Below the pieces are notes generated by a model, which was not told the origin of the DNA, ran no database searches, and saw only the letters and a list, made by a program, of their open reading frames with translations. The position numbers and the translations under genes were made by a program. A DNA stretch of 64,000 nucleotides from an uncultured beta proteobacterium (GTDB taxonomy: Bacteria > Pseudomonadota > Gammaproteobacteria > Burkholderiales > Rhodocyclaceae). The stretch covers positions 128,934 through 192,933 of the forward strand of contig CAWFGN010000012.1 of the NCBI GenBank assembly GCA_963815365.1. Reading direction: 5' to 3'. Shown here piece by piece: positions 10,285 to 20,001 of this stretch. Each line of letters begins with the position of its first letter. Within the stretch, counting starts at the first letter, position 1.

Positions 10285-11478
10285 CTAGGAAGGCTCCTCA
10301 ATCTTTCTGGCAATTGTGCCCGAGCCGATCAGAAGCCGTTCATAGGTGTCCTGGTAAGCAGCGACCATGGCGCTCATGCTGAACTTGCATTCGACGCTAT
10401 CCCGCCCTGCCCGACCCATGCGTCGGGCCATGTCCGGTTGATTGGCAAGACGACAGATTTGTTGGGCCATGGACTCGATATCGGCCGGCGGCACGAGTTC
10501 ACCGCTGATGCCTGTCGCGACCAAATCGACATTGCCGCCGACCGCCGTGGCGATGACCGGCAGGCCCGATGCCATGGCTTCAAGAACAGTATTCGAAATA
10601 CCTTCGGCGAGCGAGGGGAGGACAAAGCAGTCAAGTCCGCGCATTAACTCGGGAATGTCGCTGCGCTCTCCAGGCAGCCATGCCAATTCGCTCAGGCCGG
10701 CGTCGGCAAGGAGTTTCTGACATTCGCCGCGTAGTGGGCCATCTCCGATCATCGTCAAACGAAGATGCGGCCTGAGTGAGGGATCAATCTGCAGCGCTCG
10801 AATGAAGGCACGGGTCAAGCCTGGTTGATCCTTGACTTGCTGCATGCGGCCTACCGTGCCGACTATCCAGTGCTTTGGTCGCGCAAAGGGGCAACCCGCT
10901 GCGGAAGGGTTTCCCGCCTCGGCCGGCTGAAAACGTTCGGTATCGACGCCGTTATAGACTTGAAGCATTCTGTCTTCTGGAATGTGGATCTGACGGACCA
11001 GATAGTCGGCCAAGTCGCGCGACAGCGCGAGGTAATAACTCACGAACGGTCGATAAAACCGTCTCACCCGCTGATAGGTGAGATTCGATCCATCAAGGTC
11101 GCCCATATCCCATCCGTGCTCCCCATGGATGCGTACAGGAACCCCGGCCGCCCAGGCAGGGAGTTGCACCTCAAGCGCCGCCAGGTTGCGGCTGTGAACG
11201 ATAGCCGGACGCAATCTGCGAAAAAGGGCGAACAGTTTTGGAAAGAGCCAGATACCGTGCCCGGGAGCCTTGTTCAGGGCGATGAACTCGACGTCGTCGA
11301 GCCGGATTCGCTGGCGGAAATCAGTGATCTCGGTGAGGGCGATAACGACATGGCGAAAGCGGTCAGGCGGCAAGTGGTTGATCAGATTGACAACGCCATT
11401 TTCCAGGCCGCCGGTATCGAAGCGGTAAATGACATGGGCGACCAGCGGGCGCGGATCAGACTTCGGCTCAACGCGCAT
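10285..11478 (-). CDS. GT4 sugar transferase, PEP-CTERM/XrtA system (TIGR03088-like)
   Basis: AHVIYRFDTGGLENGVVNLIN, HGEHGWD, EGISNTVLEAMASG. Start moved to ATG 11478. Confidence 0.88.
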   Translation of the reverse strand: MRVEPKSDPRPLVAHVIYRFDTGGLENGVVNLINHLPPDRFRHVVIALTEITDFRQRIRLDDVEFIALNKAPGHGIWLFPKLFALFRRLRPAIVHSRNLAALEVQLPAWAAGVPVRIHGEHGWDMGDLDGSNLTYQRVRRFYRPFVSYYLALSRDLADYLVRQIHIPEDRMLQVYNGVDTERFQPAEAGNPSAAGCPFARPKHWIVGTVGRMQQVKDQPGLTRAFIRALQIDPSLRPHLRLTMIGDGPLRGECQKLLADAGLSELAWLPGERSDIPELMRGLDCFVLPSLAEGISNTVLEAMASGLPVIATAVGGNVDLVATGISGELVPPADIESMAQQICRLANQPDMARRMGRAGRDSVECKFSMSAMVAAYQDTYERLLIGSGTIARKIEEPS

Positions 11479-12985
11479 CGTAGGTCTTGGACAGCAAATG
11501 GAGAATCTGTGGGCCGGCCAAATCGGCAAAGTCAGCCAGACTGGAGGAAGCATATTCCGCAGGCGCGAAGAGCATGACTACCGCCGAATCGTCGCCTTGG
11601 CCGCGCAGGCGCGCGAGAGCGGTGAGCAGCTTGGCTTTAAAATCGCTGGTCGTCAGCCGTCCGTTGATCCAGTACCAATGCCAGACGACCAGTCGAGTTT
11701 CGACCCCGGCATGTCGGCCGCGAAGGTCGGCGGTGCGAACGTCACCGGTTGCCAGCGTGACACGACCGCGCGCGAGAAGCGACCACACAGGATCATTGCT
11801 GACAACAAGTGCGTTGGTGGAGGTGATCAGCTTGCGTTCGTAATCCTGATTGCGGTAGTAGGCGATGTAGAGGCCGACAGCCTGCCCGTCATGCTTGAAG
11901 CTCTGGTCCAGGATAGCCGACGGGTTGAGATAAGCCGGTTTCCAGTCTGTAAATGGTGGCGTTTCATCCCAGCCGGCCGGCGGGGCGAGGCGACTTAGTT
12001 GCGGCGCCGCCGCCTGGTCGGACAGGCTGATGGCAGCGAAGGCAAGCGGCCCCAAGGTGGTGATCGCAGCCAGGCCGAGGGCAATCAGCCAGGCTCGCGC
12101 TGGGCCGGCCGGGTTCCGGCTGAGAGGCTGCACCGCAATAGACGCGGCTGGCTGTTCTTCGCTCCAGCGTGCACCGATGGCGAACATGCCAAGGATGACA
12201 ATGCCGAAAAAAAGCCACCCGTAGATCAGATGGTCGACTCCGGCTGCCAGCCTGTTGCCCGAGAGGTGTCCGATCATCACAATCAGATAGGCGCGTAGCC
12301 AGTTGGCGACGACAGGCACCAGGATAGAGGCGAGAATGAAGAGCAGGCGTCGGCGTAGCGAGACGTAGTTGAGGTAGGCAAACAGTGTGCCGACGGTGAC
12401 CGAGGCGATGATGTAGCGTATGCCGCTGCATGCCTCGACGACCGACCAGTTACCGGAAGGGATGACGAACTGCAAGCCTTCCTGATAGACCGGTATACCA
12501 CTCGCCCGCAGGGCAACAACTGTGAAATTGGCAGTCCAGTCCATCAATCTGGGCATCATGAAGTCACCCATCGGGACGGAGAAAAGCAGGAAAGCCAGTG
12601 GAAAGGCAATGTGGCGGCTTACGTGGAAACCGAGAACAGAAACTATTGCAATGATCAACGTGGCAACCAAAGCGAACTGGGTCAGTGCGTTGACTGCAGT
12701 AAGTTCTCCGAGCAGCCAGATAACCGTCATGGCCGCCAGCGGAATTGCCAGCCAGAATGTCGGCGCCGGTTGCAACTTGGCAAGTTCGAGCCGCTTGCGC
12801 CAGATCAGCCAGAGGCTGATCGGTAGCACCAGAAAGGCATGGGCATAGGTGTCGGAGCGTGCCCAGATCGTAACCATCGCGATGGCCGTATCGCGATACC
12901 AGAACAATATCCACAGAATAGCTGCCAGCAGGAGTGGAAGAGATCGCCTCCATGCGTCGCTGGAAAGGCTTTGATCAGTGTTCAT
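11468..12985 (-). CDS. xrtA: Exosortase A with C-terminal EpsI domain
   Basis: Multi-TM protein with the exosortase Cys/Arg/His motifs VVEACSG, ANWLR, DHLIYGW, followed by an EpsI-like domain (WYWING, GDDSAV). Confidence 0.93.
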   Translation of the reverse strand: MNTDQSLSSDAWRRSLPLLLAAILWILFWYRDTAIAMVTIWARSDTYAHAFLVLPISLWLIWRKRLELAKLQPAPTFWLAIPLAAMTVIWLLGELTAVNALTQFALVATLIIAIVSVLGFHVSRHIAFPLAFLLFSVPMGDFMMPRLMDWTANFTVVALRASGIPVYQEGLQFVIPSGNWSVVEACSGIRYIIASVTVGTLFAYLNYVSLRRRLLFILASILVPVVANWLRAYLIVMIGHLSGNRLAAGVDHLIYGWLFFGIVILGMFAIGARWSEEQPAASIAVQPLSRNPAGPARAWLIALGLAAITTLGPLAFAAISLSDQAAAPQLSRLAPPAGWDETPPFTDWKPAYLNPSAILDQSFKHDGQAVGLYIAYYRNQDYERKLITSTNALVVSNDPVWSLLARGRVTLATGDVRTADLRGRHAGVETRLVVWHWYWINGRLTTSDFKAKLLTALARLRGQGDDSAVVMLFAPAEYASSSLADFADLAGPQILHLLSKTYDAR

Positions 12986-14193
12986 GCGGACGAAACCTCG
13001 GCACCGGGGAGATAACGGTCAATGCTGATGAGTTTTGCACCCCAGTTGTAGTTCTCGGCTACCCGGCGACGCGCTGCTTCGCCGATGTGGGTAGCGGCTT
13101 CGGGTTCTTGGAGTATTCTATTGATTGCCTCGACATATTCGCCAGGAACTGCAGCAATGAGCAATTCCGACCCGGAATTGGCGTTGACCGCAACAGCGGA
13201 TTCGGCCGATGCGATAACCGGGCGCGACATCGCCATGGCTTCGAGAATTTTGCTATGGGTGTGGCGGGAAATACGTGATGGGGCAACGACTGCGGCCGCG
13301 TATTGTAGCCAGGGGCGTTCATCGGAAACGCTACCAGTGACTGATATCCATTCGTTTGTCAGCGCACGAACTCTTGGTGTCGGACTGTGACCGACAATAT
13401 GTATACGGATGTTCGGATGGTGCCGCGACAGGTCAGGTAGAACTGTTGCACAAAACCAGAATATGGCTTCGATGTTGGCTCGGCAACTCATGGCGCCGAT
13501 GAGTACGATGGGGATTTCTCCGGCCTGATAGGGTGACGGCCGCTGGGGGTCGGGCGCGAAAAAATCTGTGTCGACACCGTTGCCCAATGCTTCAACGCGC
13601 ACGCCACATTCGGGCGCCCGGTTGCGGAACAGGGTGGCCTCGCTTTCAGTGACGAAAAACGAGCGGGCGGCGTGCACCGCCATCTTTCTCTCGTAGGCAA
13701 GCATCAGTCGGCCTTCGCGCCGGTAGAGCCAGGATAGCGGCCAACGGCAGTGCGCGGCGTACTGGATCCATCTGGCGGAATCGACATCGGCGAAATCGAT
13801 CACGGTTCTCAGGCGTGGCAGGTGTCCGATGTACTGGGCCATGGCCGGGGAAATGATAACTGCTGCATCGATATGCCGCCGCTGGCAGGTCGCATCTACC
13901 CAATCCTGCAGATCGCCGTTGCGATAGAAGCGCAGCGTCAGCGCCTCACCGGCAAGTAAACCGGCCAAGCTGCGGATTTTGGCCAGGCGCGGCATTAGCC
14001 GGTTGATGTGGAGGTTGGCGCACAGCGAGCGCACAGCCTCAAGATGCGCCTCGTCTTCCGGGTTGTCAATGAAGGTGCCGAGGAAAATCCGATGCGTGCG
14101 GGCGAGGTGCTTGAGTAGATGGTAGGAGCGCGCCTTGCTGCCCTTGTTGGGCGGGTAAGGCAGGCGGTGAGCGAGAAACAGGATATTGGCCAT
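12982..14193 (-). CDS. GT4 sugar transferase (TIGR03087-like) with eroded conserved motifs
   Basis: Start MANILFLAHRLPYPPNKG at 14193; clear paralog of 3943..5142. Confidence 0.82.
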   Translation of the reverse strand: MANILFLAHRLPYPPNKGSKARSYHLLKHLARTHRIFLGTFIDNPEDEAHLEAVRSLCANLHINRLMPRLAKIRSLAGLLAGEALTLRFYRNGDLQDWVDATCQRRHIDAAVIISPAMAQYIGHLPRLRTVIDFADVDSARWIQYAAHCRWPLSWLYRREGRLMLAYERKMAVHAARSFFVTESEATLFRNRAPECGVRVEALGNGVDTDFFAPDPQRPSPYQAGEIPIVLIGAMSCRANIEAIFWFCATVLPDLSRHHPNIRIHIVGHSPTPRVRALTNEWISVTGSVSDERPWLQYAAAVVAPSRISRHTHSKILEAMAMSRPVIASAESAVAVNANSGSELLIAAVPGEYVEAINRILQEPEAATHIGEAARRRVAENYNWGAKLISIDRYLPGAEVSSA

Positions 14194-14201
14194 CGCCGCG
14201 C

Positions 14202-15239
14202 TCACCCCAGGCTGCGCACGATATGCGGGCCTAGCCAGTTGGCGAGGCCGATCGGCATCCGCCGCCAGGCTTCGATCAGGAGACGGTACTTGGCGTTGGC
14301 CGGGTTGTTCTGCGGAACGCTGTCGCGTTTGTACAGGCAGTATTCGTAATGCAGCGGCCGTGGTTCGAAACCCCAATTCTTCTTGAAGGCGAAGGAGCCG
14401 GTGTCCCGCTTGCTGCGGCCGTAGTCGAAGACCTTGATGCCGCGTTCGCAACTGCGGCGCATTAGTTCCCAGTACTTGAAGTCGTTGGCGGCCAGGTGGC
14501 GGGCGCTTTCGTCGTCCCCGGCGTAGTAGGGCAGCACTTCGTCGCGGAAATAGAAGGACAGGACGCTGCTCAGGAGGCGACCATCGGGACCGCTGACGGT
14601 CAGTATTTCGCAGTCATCGCCAAAGACGCGGAGCAGTGTGTCGAAATAGCGCTTGGGCATGGCCGGCGTACCGTGGCGATGGACGTTGTCGGCGTAGAGG
14701 GCGAAAAAGCGGTCAGTATTGCGGTCAACCGTGGAAACCAGGCCATTTTTGATGCCCTTGCGCACCATCGCCCGTTGTTTGCGGGGAATGGCGAGCATGT
14801 TTGCCTCGACCTCAGGCAGGATTTCCTTGCGGAACGTCACGTAAAGATCCTGGGTTGGCCAGTCGGCATGGCGTTGGTTGACGTTGCGGAATTCCAGATG
14901 ATCGACGCCCAACTTGCCCGCCAGGGCGCGAGCCTCGGCTTCCAGTGCATCGGCGGCTTGAGGATCGCTGGCGGCGACACCACCATAGACAGCAAAGGGC
15001 ATGGCGACCAGGGAATTGCCGAAAATCAGGCTGTGGACGTGGGCGAGCGGCAATATGCCGTGAATTTCGCCAGCAGATTCCGCGTACAGGAAGTGAGTCG
15101 GGTGGCGGAAAATGTCGCGCAGGATACCCTGCCAGGATGAACGGTGAAAAAACGTGGCTTCCGGGCAGGCGCGGACAAAGTCGTCCCAGCGGCTTGCGGT
15201 GGCAGTATCGCTAGCGTCCAGGCGTCTGATGTTGAGCAT
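14202..15239 (-). CDS. FemAB-related GNAT protein, PEP-CTERM/XrtA system (TIGR03019-like)
   Basis: PEATFFH, IPRKQRAMVRKG, FDYGRSK, FKKNWGF motifs. Confidence 0.9.
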   Translation of the reverse strand: MLNIRRLDASDTATASRWDDFVRACPEATFFHRSSWQGILRDIFRHPTHFLYAESAGEIHGILPLAHVHSLIFGNSLVAMPFAVYGGVAASDPQAADALEAEARALAGKLGVDHLEFRNVNQRHADWPTQDLYVTFRKEILPEVEANMLAIPRKQRAMVRKGIKNGLVSTVDRNTDRFFALYADNVHRHGTPAMPKRYFDTLLRVFGDDCEILTVSGPDGRLLSSVLSFYFRDEVLPYYAGDDESARHLAANDFKYWELMRRSCERGIKVFDYGRSKRDTGSFAFKKNWGFEPRPLHYEYCLYKRDSVPQNNPANAKYRLLIEAWRRMPIGLANWLGPHIVRSLG

Positions 15240-15244
15240 GCGGT

Positions 15245-16084
15245 TTAGCCCTCAACCAGAAAGAGCCGGTCCATGCGTTCCCAGTGAAAATCGCCCAGCA
15301 ACCGGTTGAGGCGTGCTTCCATTTGACCAATGTTGACGTAGTGGCGGAAGCGGGTCTTGACGCCGATACCGGGAATGCGTGGCTGGTCGCCATCGATTTC
15401 CCAGGGATGGAAATAGAAGACGGCGGGAAGCTTATCAACGTGGTTGACCCTGCGCAGCATCCAGCGCGACAGCTCATAGGGCATCAGGCGGAAATAGCCG
15501 CCGCCGCTGGCCGGCCAGTTGCGGTTGAGAAGGCGCAGCGTGGTGGCCGGAATTTCGAGCAACGCGCCGATCGCATGCGCGTGCCTTGGTGCATCCGGCA
15601 TGCCGTAATGATCATGGCGGATGGGATAGATGCTCGAACTGTATAGGTATCCCGCCCGTTCGAGGCACTCGAAGGCCCACATATTGGCATGGCCGATCGA
15701 AAAGCTGGGGGCGCGGTAGCCTTTGACCGCCTGGCCGGTCAGGTCTTCCAGAATCAGCTTGGCCAGGTGGATATCCGCGAAAAATGCCGCTTCGCTCTGG
15801 TCGCTGGCCCGTTCATGTCCATAGCCATGGCTAGCCACTTCATGCCCTGCCGCAGCAATGCGCTTGACCAGTTCCGGATAGCGCTCGGCGATCCAGCCCA
15901 GGGTGAAAAAGGTTGCGCTGACGCCATACTGGTCGAGCATCGCAAGAATGCGGTCAACATTGCGCTCGACGCGGCACTCACGGGTCGGCCATTCGCTGCG
16001 CGGTATGTGTGGCGCAAATGCGGAAACCTGAAAATAGTCCTCGACATCGATGGTAAGGGCGTTGGAGACCTGGGGTGCTTGCAT
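15245..16084 (-). CDS. Polysaccharide deacetylase, PEP-CTERM locus (TIGR03006-like)
   Basis: TIDVEDYFQV, ASHGYGH, GYRAPSFS, GGGYFR, YFHPWE motifs. Confidence 0.92.
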   Translation of the reverse strand: MQAPQVSNALTIDVEDYFQVSAFAPHIPRSEWPTRECRVERNVDRILAMLDQYGVSATFFTLGWIAERYPELVKRIAAAGHEVASHGYGHERASDQSEAAFFADIHLAKLILEDLTGQAVKGYRAPSFSIGHANMWAFECLERAGYLYSSSIYPIRHDHYGMPDAPRHAHAIGALLEIPATTLRLLNRNWPASGGGYFRLMPYELSRWMLRRVNHVDKLPAVFYFHPWEIDGDQPRIPGIGVKTRFRHYVNIGQMEARLNRLLGDFHWERMDRLFLVEG

Positions 16085-16101
16085 GGTGAGCGGCGTCCGG
16101 A

Positions 16102-17274
16102 TCAGCGAGCGGCCAGGTCTGCATGCCGGGCGAGCAACCAGGCAGCGAGATCGCCCGCAATGCGTTCAGCCGCGTGGCCATCCCAGCGTTCCGGCACGCG
16201 ACCCTGCTTGCCCCGACCGGCCAGGATCTCTTCCGAATGAAAGCGGATGGCGCTGGTGTCGCGCCCGACCATGGTGTTGGTGCCTTGCTCGACGGTAATC
16301 GGCCGTTCGGTATTTTCCCGCATGGTGAGGCAGGGGATGCCCAACGCCGTGGTTTCTTCCTGCAGGCCGCCGGAATCGGTCAGCACAATGCGGGCGCCGG
16401 CCATCAGGCCGAGCATCTCGAGATAGCCCTGGGGTGGAAGCAGGATGAGTTGCGGATTGTCGATCAGCCGCCCCAGGCCGAAGCGTTCGATATTGGCGCG
16501 CGTACGCGGATGCAAGGCAAAGACCAGTGGCAGCTTGCGTGAAATCTTGAGCAGTACCGCGAGCAGTGATGCCAGCGTATCGGCATGGTCGACGTTGGAC
16601 GGGCGATGCAGGGTCACAACGCCATAACCGGCGCTACCGGCGATCAGTTCGGGATCGGCCCCGCCGGCGGCCACCGTCGCCGAAGGTGCGCGGGCAAATT
16701 CGCGGTTGTGAAGCAGCGAGTCGATCATCACGTTGCCGACGAAGCGGACACGTTCGCTGCCAATGCCTTCACGAGCCAGATTGGCTTCGGCGCTGCGCTC
16801 GGTGGTGTAGAGCAGGTCGGCGATCTGGTCGGTGAGCACACGATTGATTTCTTCCGGCATGGCGCGGTCATAACTGCGCAGCCCGGCCTCGACATGCACG
16901 ACGGGTACCCCCTTCTTGACGGCAACCAGGGTGCATGCCAGCGTCGAATTGACATCGCCGACTACCAGAACGCAGGAAGGCCGGTGATCGTCTATCACCG
17001 GCTCGAAGCGGCGCATGACTTCTGCCGTTTGCACTGCGTGCGACCCGGAACCGACCTCCAGGTTGATGTCCGGCCGGGGCAGGCGCAGATCTTCGAACAG
17101 CTTGTCGTTCATGTCCTTGTCGTAATGCTGGCCGGTATGGACGAGCAGGGCAGGGATAGCCGGAACGTGAGCGGCAAAGGCGCGCAGTATGGGCGCCATT
17201 TTCATGAAATTGGGCCGGGCGCCGACGACGCAGATGACTGGCCCAAGGCCAACCGGCCAATGCGCGGAGGTCAC
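16102..17274 (-). CDS. wecB: UDP-N-acetylglucosamine 2-epimerase (non-hydrolysing)
   Basis: GARPNFMK, HTGQHYD, HVEAGLRS, TDSGGLQEE, RENTERP. Confidence 0.93.
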   Translation of the reverse strand: MTSAHWPVGLGPVICVVGARPNFMKMAPILRAFAAHVPAIPALLVHTGQHYDKDMNDKLFEDLRLPRPDINLEVGSGSHAVQTAEVMRRFEPVIDDHRPSCVLVVGDVNSTLACTLVAVKKGVPVVHVEAGLRSYDRAMPEEINRVLTDQIADLLYTTERSAEANLAREGIGSERVRFVGNVMIDSLLHNREFARAPSATVAAGGADPELIAGSAGYGVVTLHRPSNVDHADTLASLLAVLLKISRKLPLVFALHPRTRANIERFGLGRLIDNPQLILLPPQGYLEMLGLMAGARIVLTDSGGLQEETTALGIPCLTMRENTERPITVEQGTNTMVGRDTSAIRFHSEEILAGRGKQGRVPERWDGHAAERIAGDLAAWLLARHADLAAR

Positions 17275-18371
17275 TCGTTATCCTTGGTAGCGCCGCTATT
17301 CGCAGCCGGTATTGCCGCGACAAATTGCTGCAGGAGGCTCAGTGTCGCCGCGTTGATGCGTTCCAATTGCACGAGACCTTGTTCAAGTCGTGCCAGGCGC
17401 TCGTCGAACTGACCGGCACTGAGTCCGGCGAGCAGTTGCCCGACTTCTTCCGCAGAGCCGGTATGCGGGCCTGGGTGGGATGAGTTCAGCGACGTGTAGC
17501 GGATCTGGTCGGGAACAGCGGGTACGTAGGGCTGGCCAGAACTGCCGGAACTGCCAAGGGTTTCTTCGTGAATTTCGCGGGCGACCTCTTCGACGTCGGC
17601 GGCGTTGAATTCTTTCTTCTCGCTCAGGTAGCCCATCAGCAACAAACGGTCGCAGACGGAGTTGATACGTCGGGGGATGCCGCTGCTGGCCTTGAAAATT
17701 GCTTCAAAGGCGTCGGGAAGAATTGCCAGGCTGTCCTCAGTGGCGCCCGCCCGTTTCAAACGGTGCTCGATGTAACTCCGTGTCTCGTCGACATCCAGCG
17801 GCCCGATATGGCAGGCAGCAATCACACGCTGACGAAATTGCATCATGTGTGGACTTTGCAGGATTTCCCTGAATTCCGGCTGACCGACCAGGAAACTTTG
17901 CAGCAAAGCACGGTTGCCGTACTGGAAGTTGGAGAGCATGCGCAGTTCCTCGACGGCCCGCGCGGTGAGGTTCTGCGCTTCATCCACAATCAGCAGACAG
18001 CGCTTGCCTTTACTGGTCAGGTTGATCAGGAAGGCCTCCAGCGCCATCAATACATCGGACTTTGCGACGTCCCGGGTGCGGATCCCAAAAGCCGCACCAA
18101 CCAGGCGCAAGGTATCGTCGGCATCGAGTTGCGTGCTGACCAGCGTGGCGGCGACCACTTTTTCCTGATCCAGGCTCTCCAGCAGTCCCCTTACGATCGT
18201 CGTCTTGCCTGCACCGACTTCACCTGTGACGACGATAAATCCTTCGTTTTGGTGCATCCCATATTCAAGATATGCCGTGGCGCGACGGTGCTGCTTGCTG
18301 CCGAAATAAAAGCTCGGGTCAGGGTTGAGCTGGAACGGCTTGTCGGTCAGCCCAAAAAAGGATTCGTACAT
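17271..18371 (-). CDS. XrtA/PEP-CTERM system ExeA-like ATPase (TIGR03015-like)
   Basis: MYESFFGL..PF start at 18371; Walker A GEVGAGKT; Walker B VDEAQNL; GIPRRIN. Confidence 0.9.
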   Translation of the reverse strand: MYESFFGLTDKPFQLNPDPSFYFGSKQHRRATAYLEYGMHQNEGFIVVTGEVGAGKTTIVRGLLESLDQEKVVAATLVSTQLDADDTLRLVGAAFGIRTRDVAKSDVLMALEAFLINLTSKGKRCLLIVDEAQNLTARAVEELRMLSNFQYGNRALLQSFLVGQPEFREILQSPHMMQFRQRVIAACHIGPLDVDETRSYIEHRLKRAGATEDSLAILPDAFEAIFKASSGIPRRINSVCDRLLLMGYLSEKKEFNAADVEEVAREIHEETLGSSGSSGQPYVPAVPDQIRYTSLNSSHPGPHTGSAEEVGQLLAGLSAGQFDERLARLEQGLVQLERINAATLSLLQQFVAAIPAANSGATKDNE

Positions 18372-18375
18372 GGGC

Positions 18376-20001
18376 TCAGAACAAAAACGAAATGCTACCG
18401 ACGATTGCGCTCTCGTCATAGGGATTGGTCGGGCTATCAAACTGGGAATAGCGCGCATAGAGAGAGCCCACTGTCTTGGACCCGAAACGGGTCGTTATTC
18501 CGGCCCGGTAGGTCGTCATCGTGGTCGTCACGACTGCGAACTCGCCGCTTTCAGTCCGCTGCCTCGAGCCGACCAGATTCAGTGCCGTCAGCGGAGTCAG
18601 GCGATGCGCAAAGCTGAGGCTGTACCCTTGTTGTTCGACACGCGAGAGATTGCTGATCGCCTGTCCGCCCGCTCCCGGAACTACGCTTAAAGCCTCGTTG
18701 TTGTTGCGACCAGCGAGGAAAGTGAGGGAATTCCGGCTGCCGTACAAGGTCATGGTCAACTGCTGACGGCGCTGGATGCGCGGACGATTGGCCAGGTAAT
18801 CACTAGTAACCTGGGCGTTGGGGGCAAGGCCCGCCTGAGTGAGCAAATTGCTGACGTATGCGGCGCGGGCGCCCGGATCCGGAATCAGTGTGGCGAACTG
18901 TTCATAGTAGATATCGTAGAGTGACCCGATCCCGTAGGTCGCGCTCTGGTTGGGAATGAAGGAGACGTCACGAGTATCGATATAGCGAATGGAACTCAGT
19001 GGGAATCGATGGCTGATTACGACGTTGTGGCCCTTGCCAAAAAAGCGCTCTTCCATGAAGCCATACACCTGACTGCGCTCGGTTGGTCGCCAGTCAAGTC
19101 CATAGCCATAGGTTTCCTGGCGTTCGTCATTGAGCGACTGATAATTGTTCGATTCGGTTCCAACGCTTGCCATTACGTTCAGTTGCGGAAACAGGCGGTA
19201 GACCAGCATGGCTCGCAGGCGCTGATCATTGTAGTCGCGACCGTTGCTGTAATCGGTATTTTGCTGACTGCCGTCAATGACCCAACTCAGGTTCTGGAAC
19301 CTGGTATTGCCCCTGAGTTGCCCCAACCACTGGGCGAGGTCAACATTGGAATAGCCACTGGCACCCGAATTCGTAAATGAACGGTTGTAGCGAAGCGAGT
19401 AATCGACCAGGCCACCGAGTTCGCCTCTGATGTAGGGCGAGATTCGATAGGTTCCGGTATCGGCGACATTGTTATTGAAGGCGTTGCTGGGGGTTTGCTG
19501 CCCGAACGGGTTGATTAATTGCTGAGATATATTGGCGCCAAAATCAATGAACATCCAATTGTCGACTGCTTCGAGAGTGCCGAACATATTCAGTCGGTTC
19601 TGGCTAAAGCTCTTTTGTGACTCGCTCGCGTAAAAGCTGCCGATCAAAGCGTAATCAAGATACATGTTCATGCGAGCGGTCTGGCCATCGATTCGAACCC
19701 CGGGCGCCACCTGCGAAATCAGGTCATTCTGCTTGTTTGTCGAACTGAGATTGACGTTGTTGGTCAGTGTTTCGGTCAGCGAGATGCGCGGGACGATATT
19801 CCAGGAGCGACCGACGGTGCTCCCTGGATCGGCCTCACCGGGAATGCCACCGGCGGGAGCCAATGAGGTGCCACCCGGAACATTCTGTCCACCGCTGATC
19901 GAGGGAGTACTTAAACCCATTCCCTGGCCAAAAACCGGTGTCGCCATACCGAGCAGGGTGACACCTGCAACGATGATAATCCTGCGGGCTTTAGTTTCCA
20001 T
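18376..20001 (-). CDS. PEP-CTERM system outer-membrane beta-barrel protein (TIGR03016-like)
   Basis: Signal peptide after METKARR, beta-strand-rich body, C-terminal Phe, canonical position in the locus. Confidence 0.8.
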   Translation of the reverse strand: METKARRIIIVAGVTLLGMATPVFGQGMGLSTPSISGGQNVPGGTSLAPAGGIPGEADPGSTVGRSWNIVPRISLTETLTNNVNLSSTNKQNDLISQVAPGVRIDGQTARMNMYLDYALIGSFYASESQKSFSQNRLNMFGTLEAVDNWMFIDFGANISQQLINPFGQQTPSNAFNNNVADTGTYRISPYIRGELGGLVDYSLRYNRSFTNSGASGYSNVDLAQWLGQLRGNTRFQNLSWVIDGSQQNTDYSNGRDYNDQRLRAMLVYRLFPQLNVMASVGTESNNYQSLNDERQETYGYGLDWRPTERSQVYGFMEERFFGKGHNVVISHRFPLSSIRYIDTRDVSFIPNQSATYGIGSLYDIYYEQFATLIPDPGARAAYVSNLLTQAGLAPNAQVTSDYLANRPRIQRRQQLTMTLYGSRNSLTFLAGRNNNEALSVVPGAGGQAISNLSRVEQQGYSLSFAHRLTPLTALNLVGSRQRTESGEFAVVTTTMTTYRAGITTRFGSKTVGSLYARYSQFDSPTNPYDESAIVGSISFLF

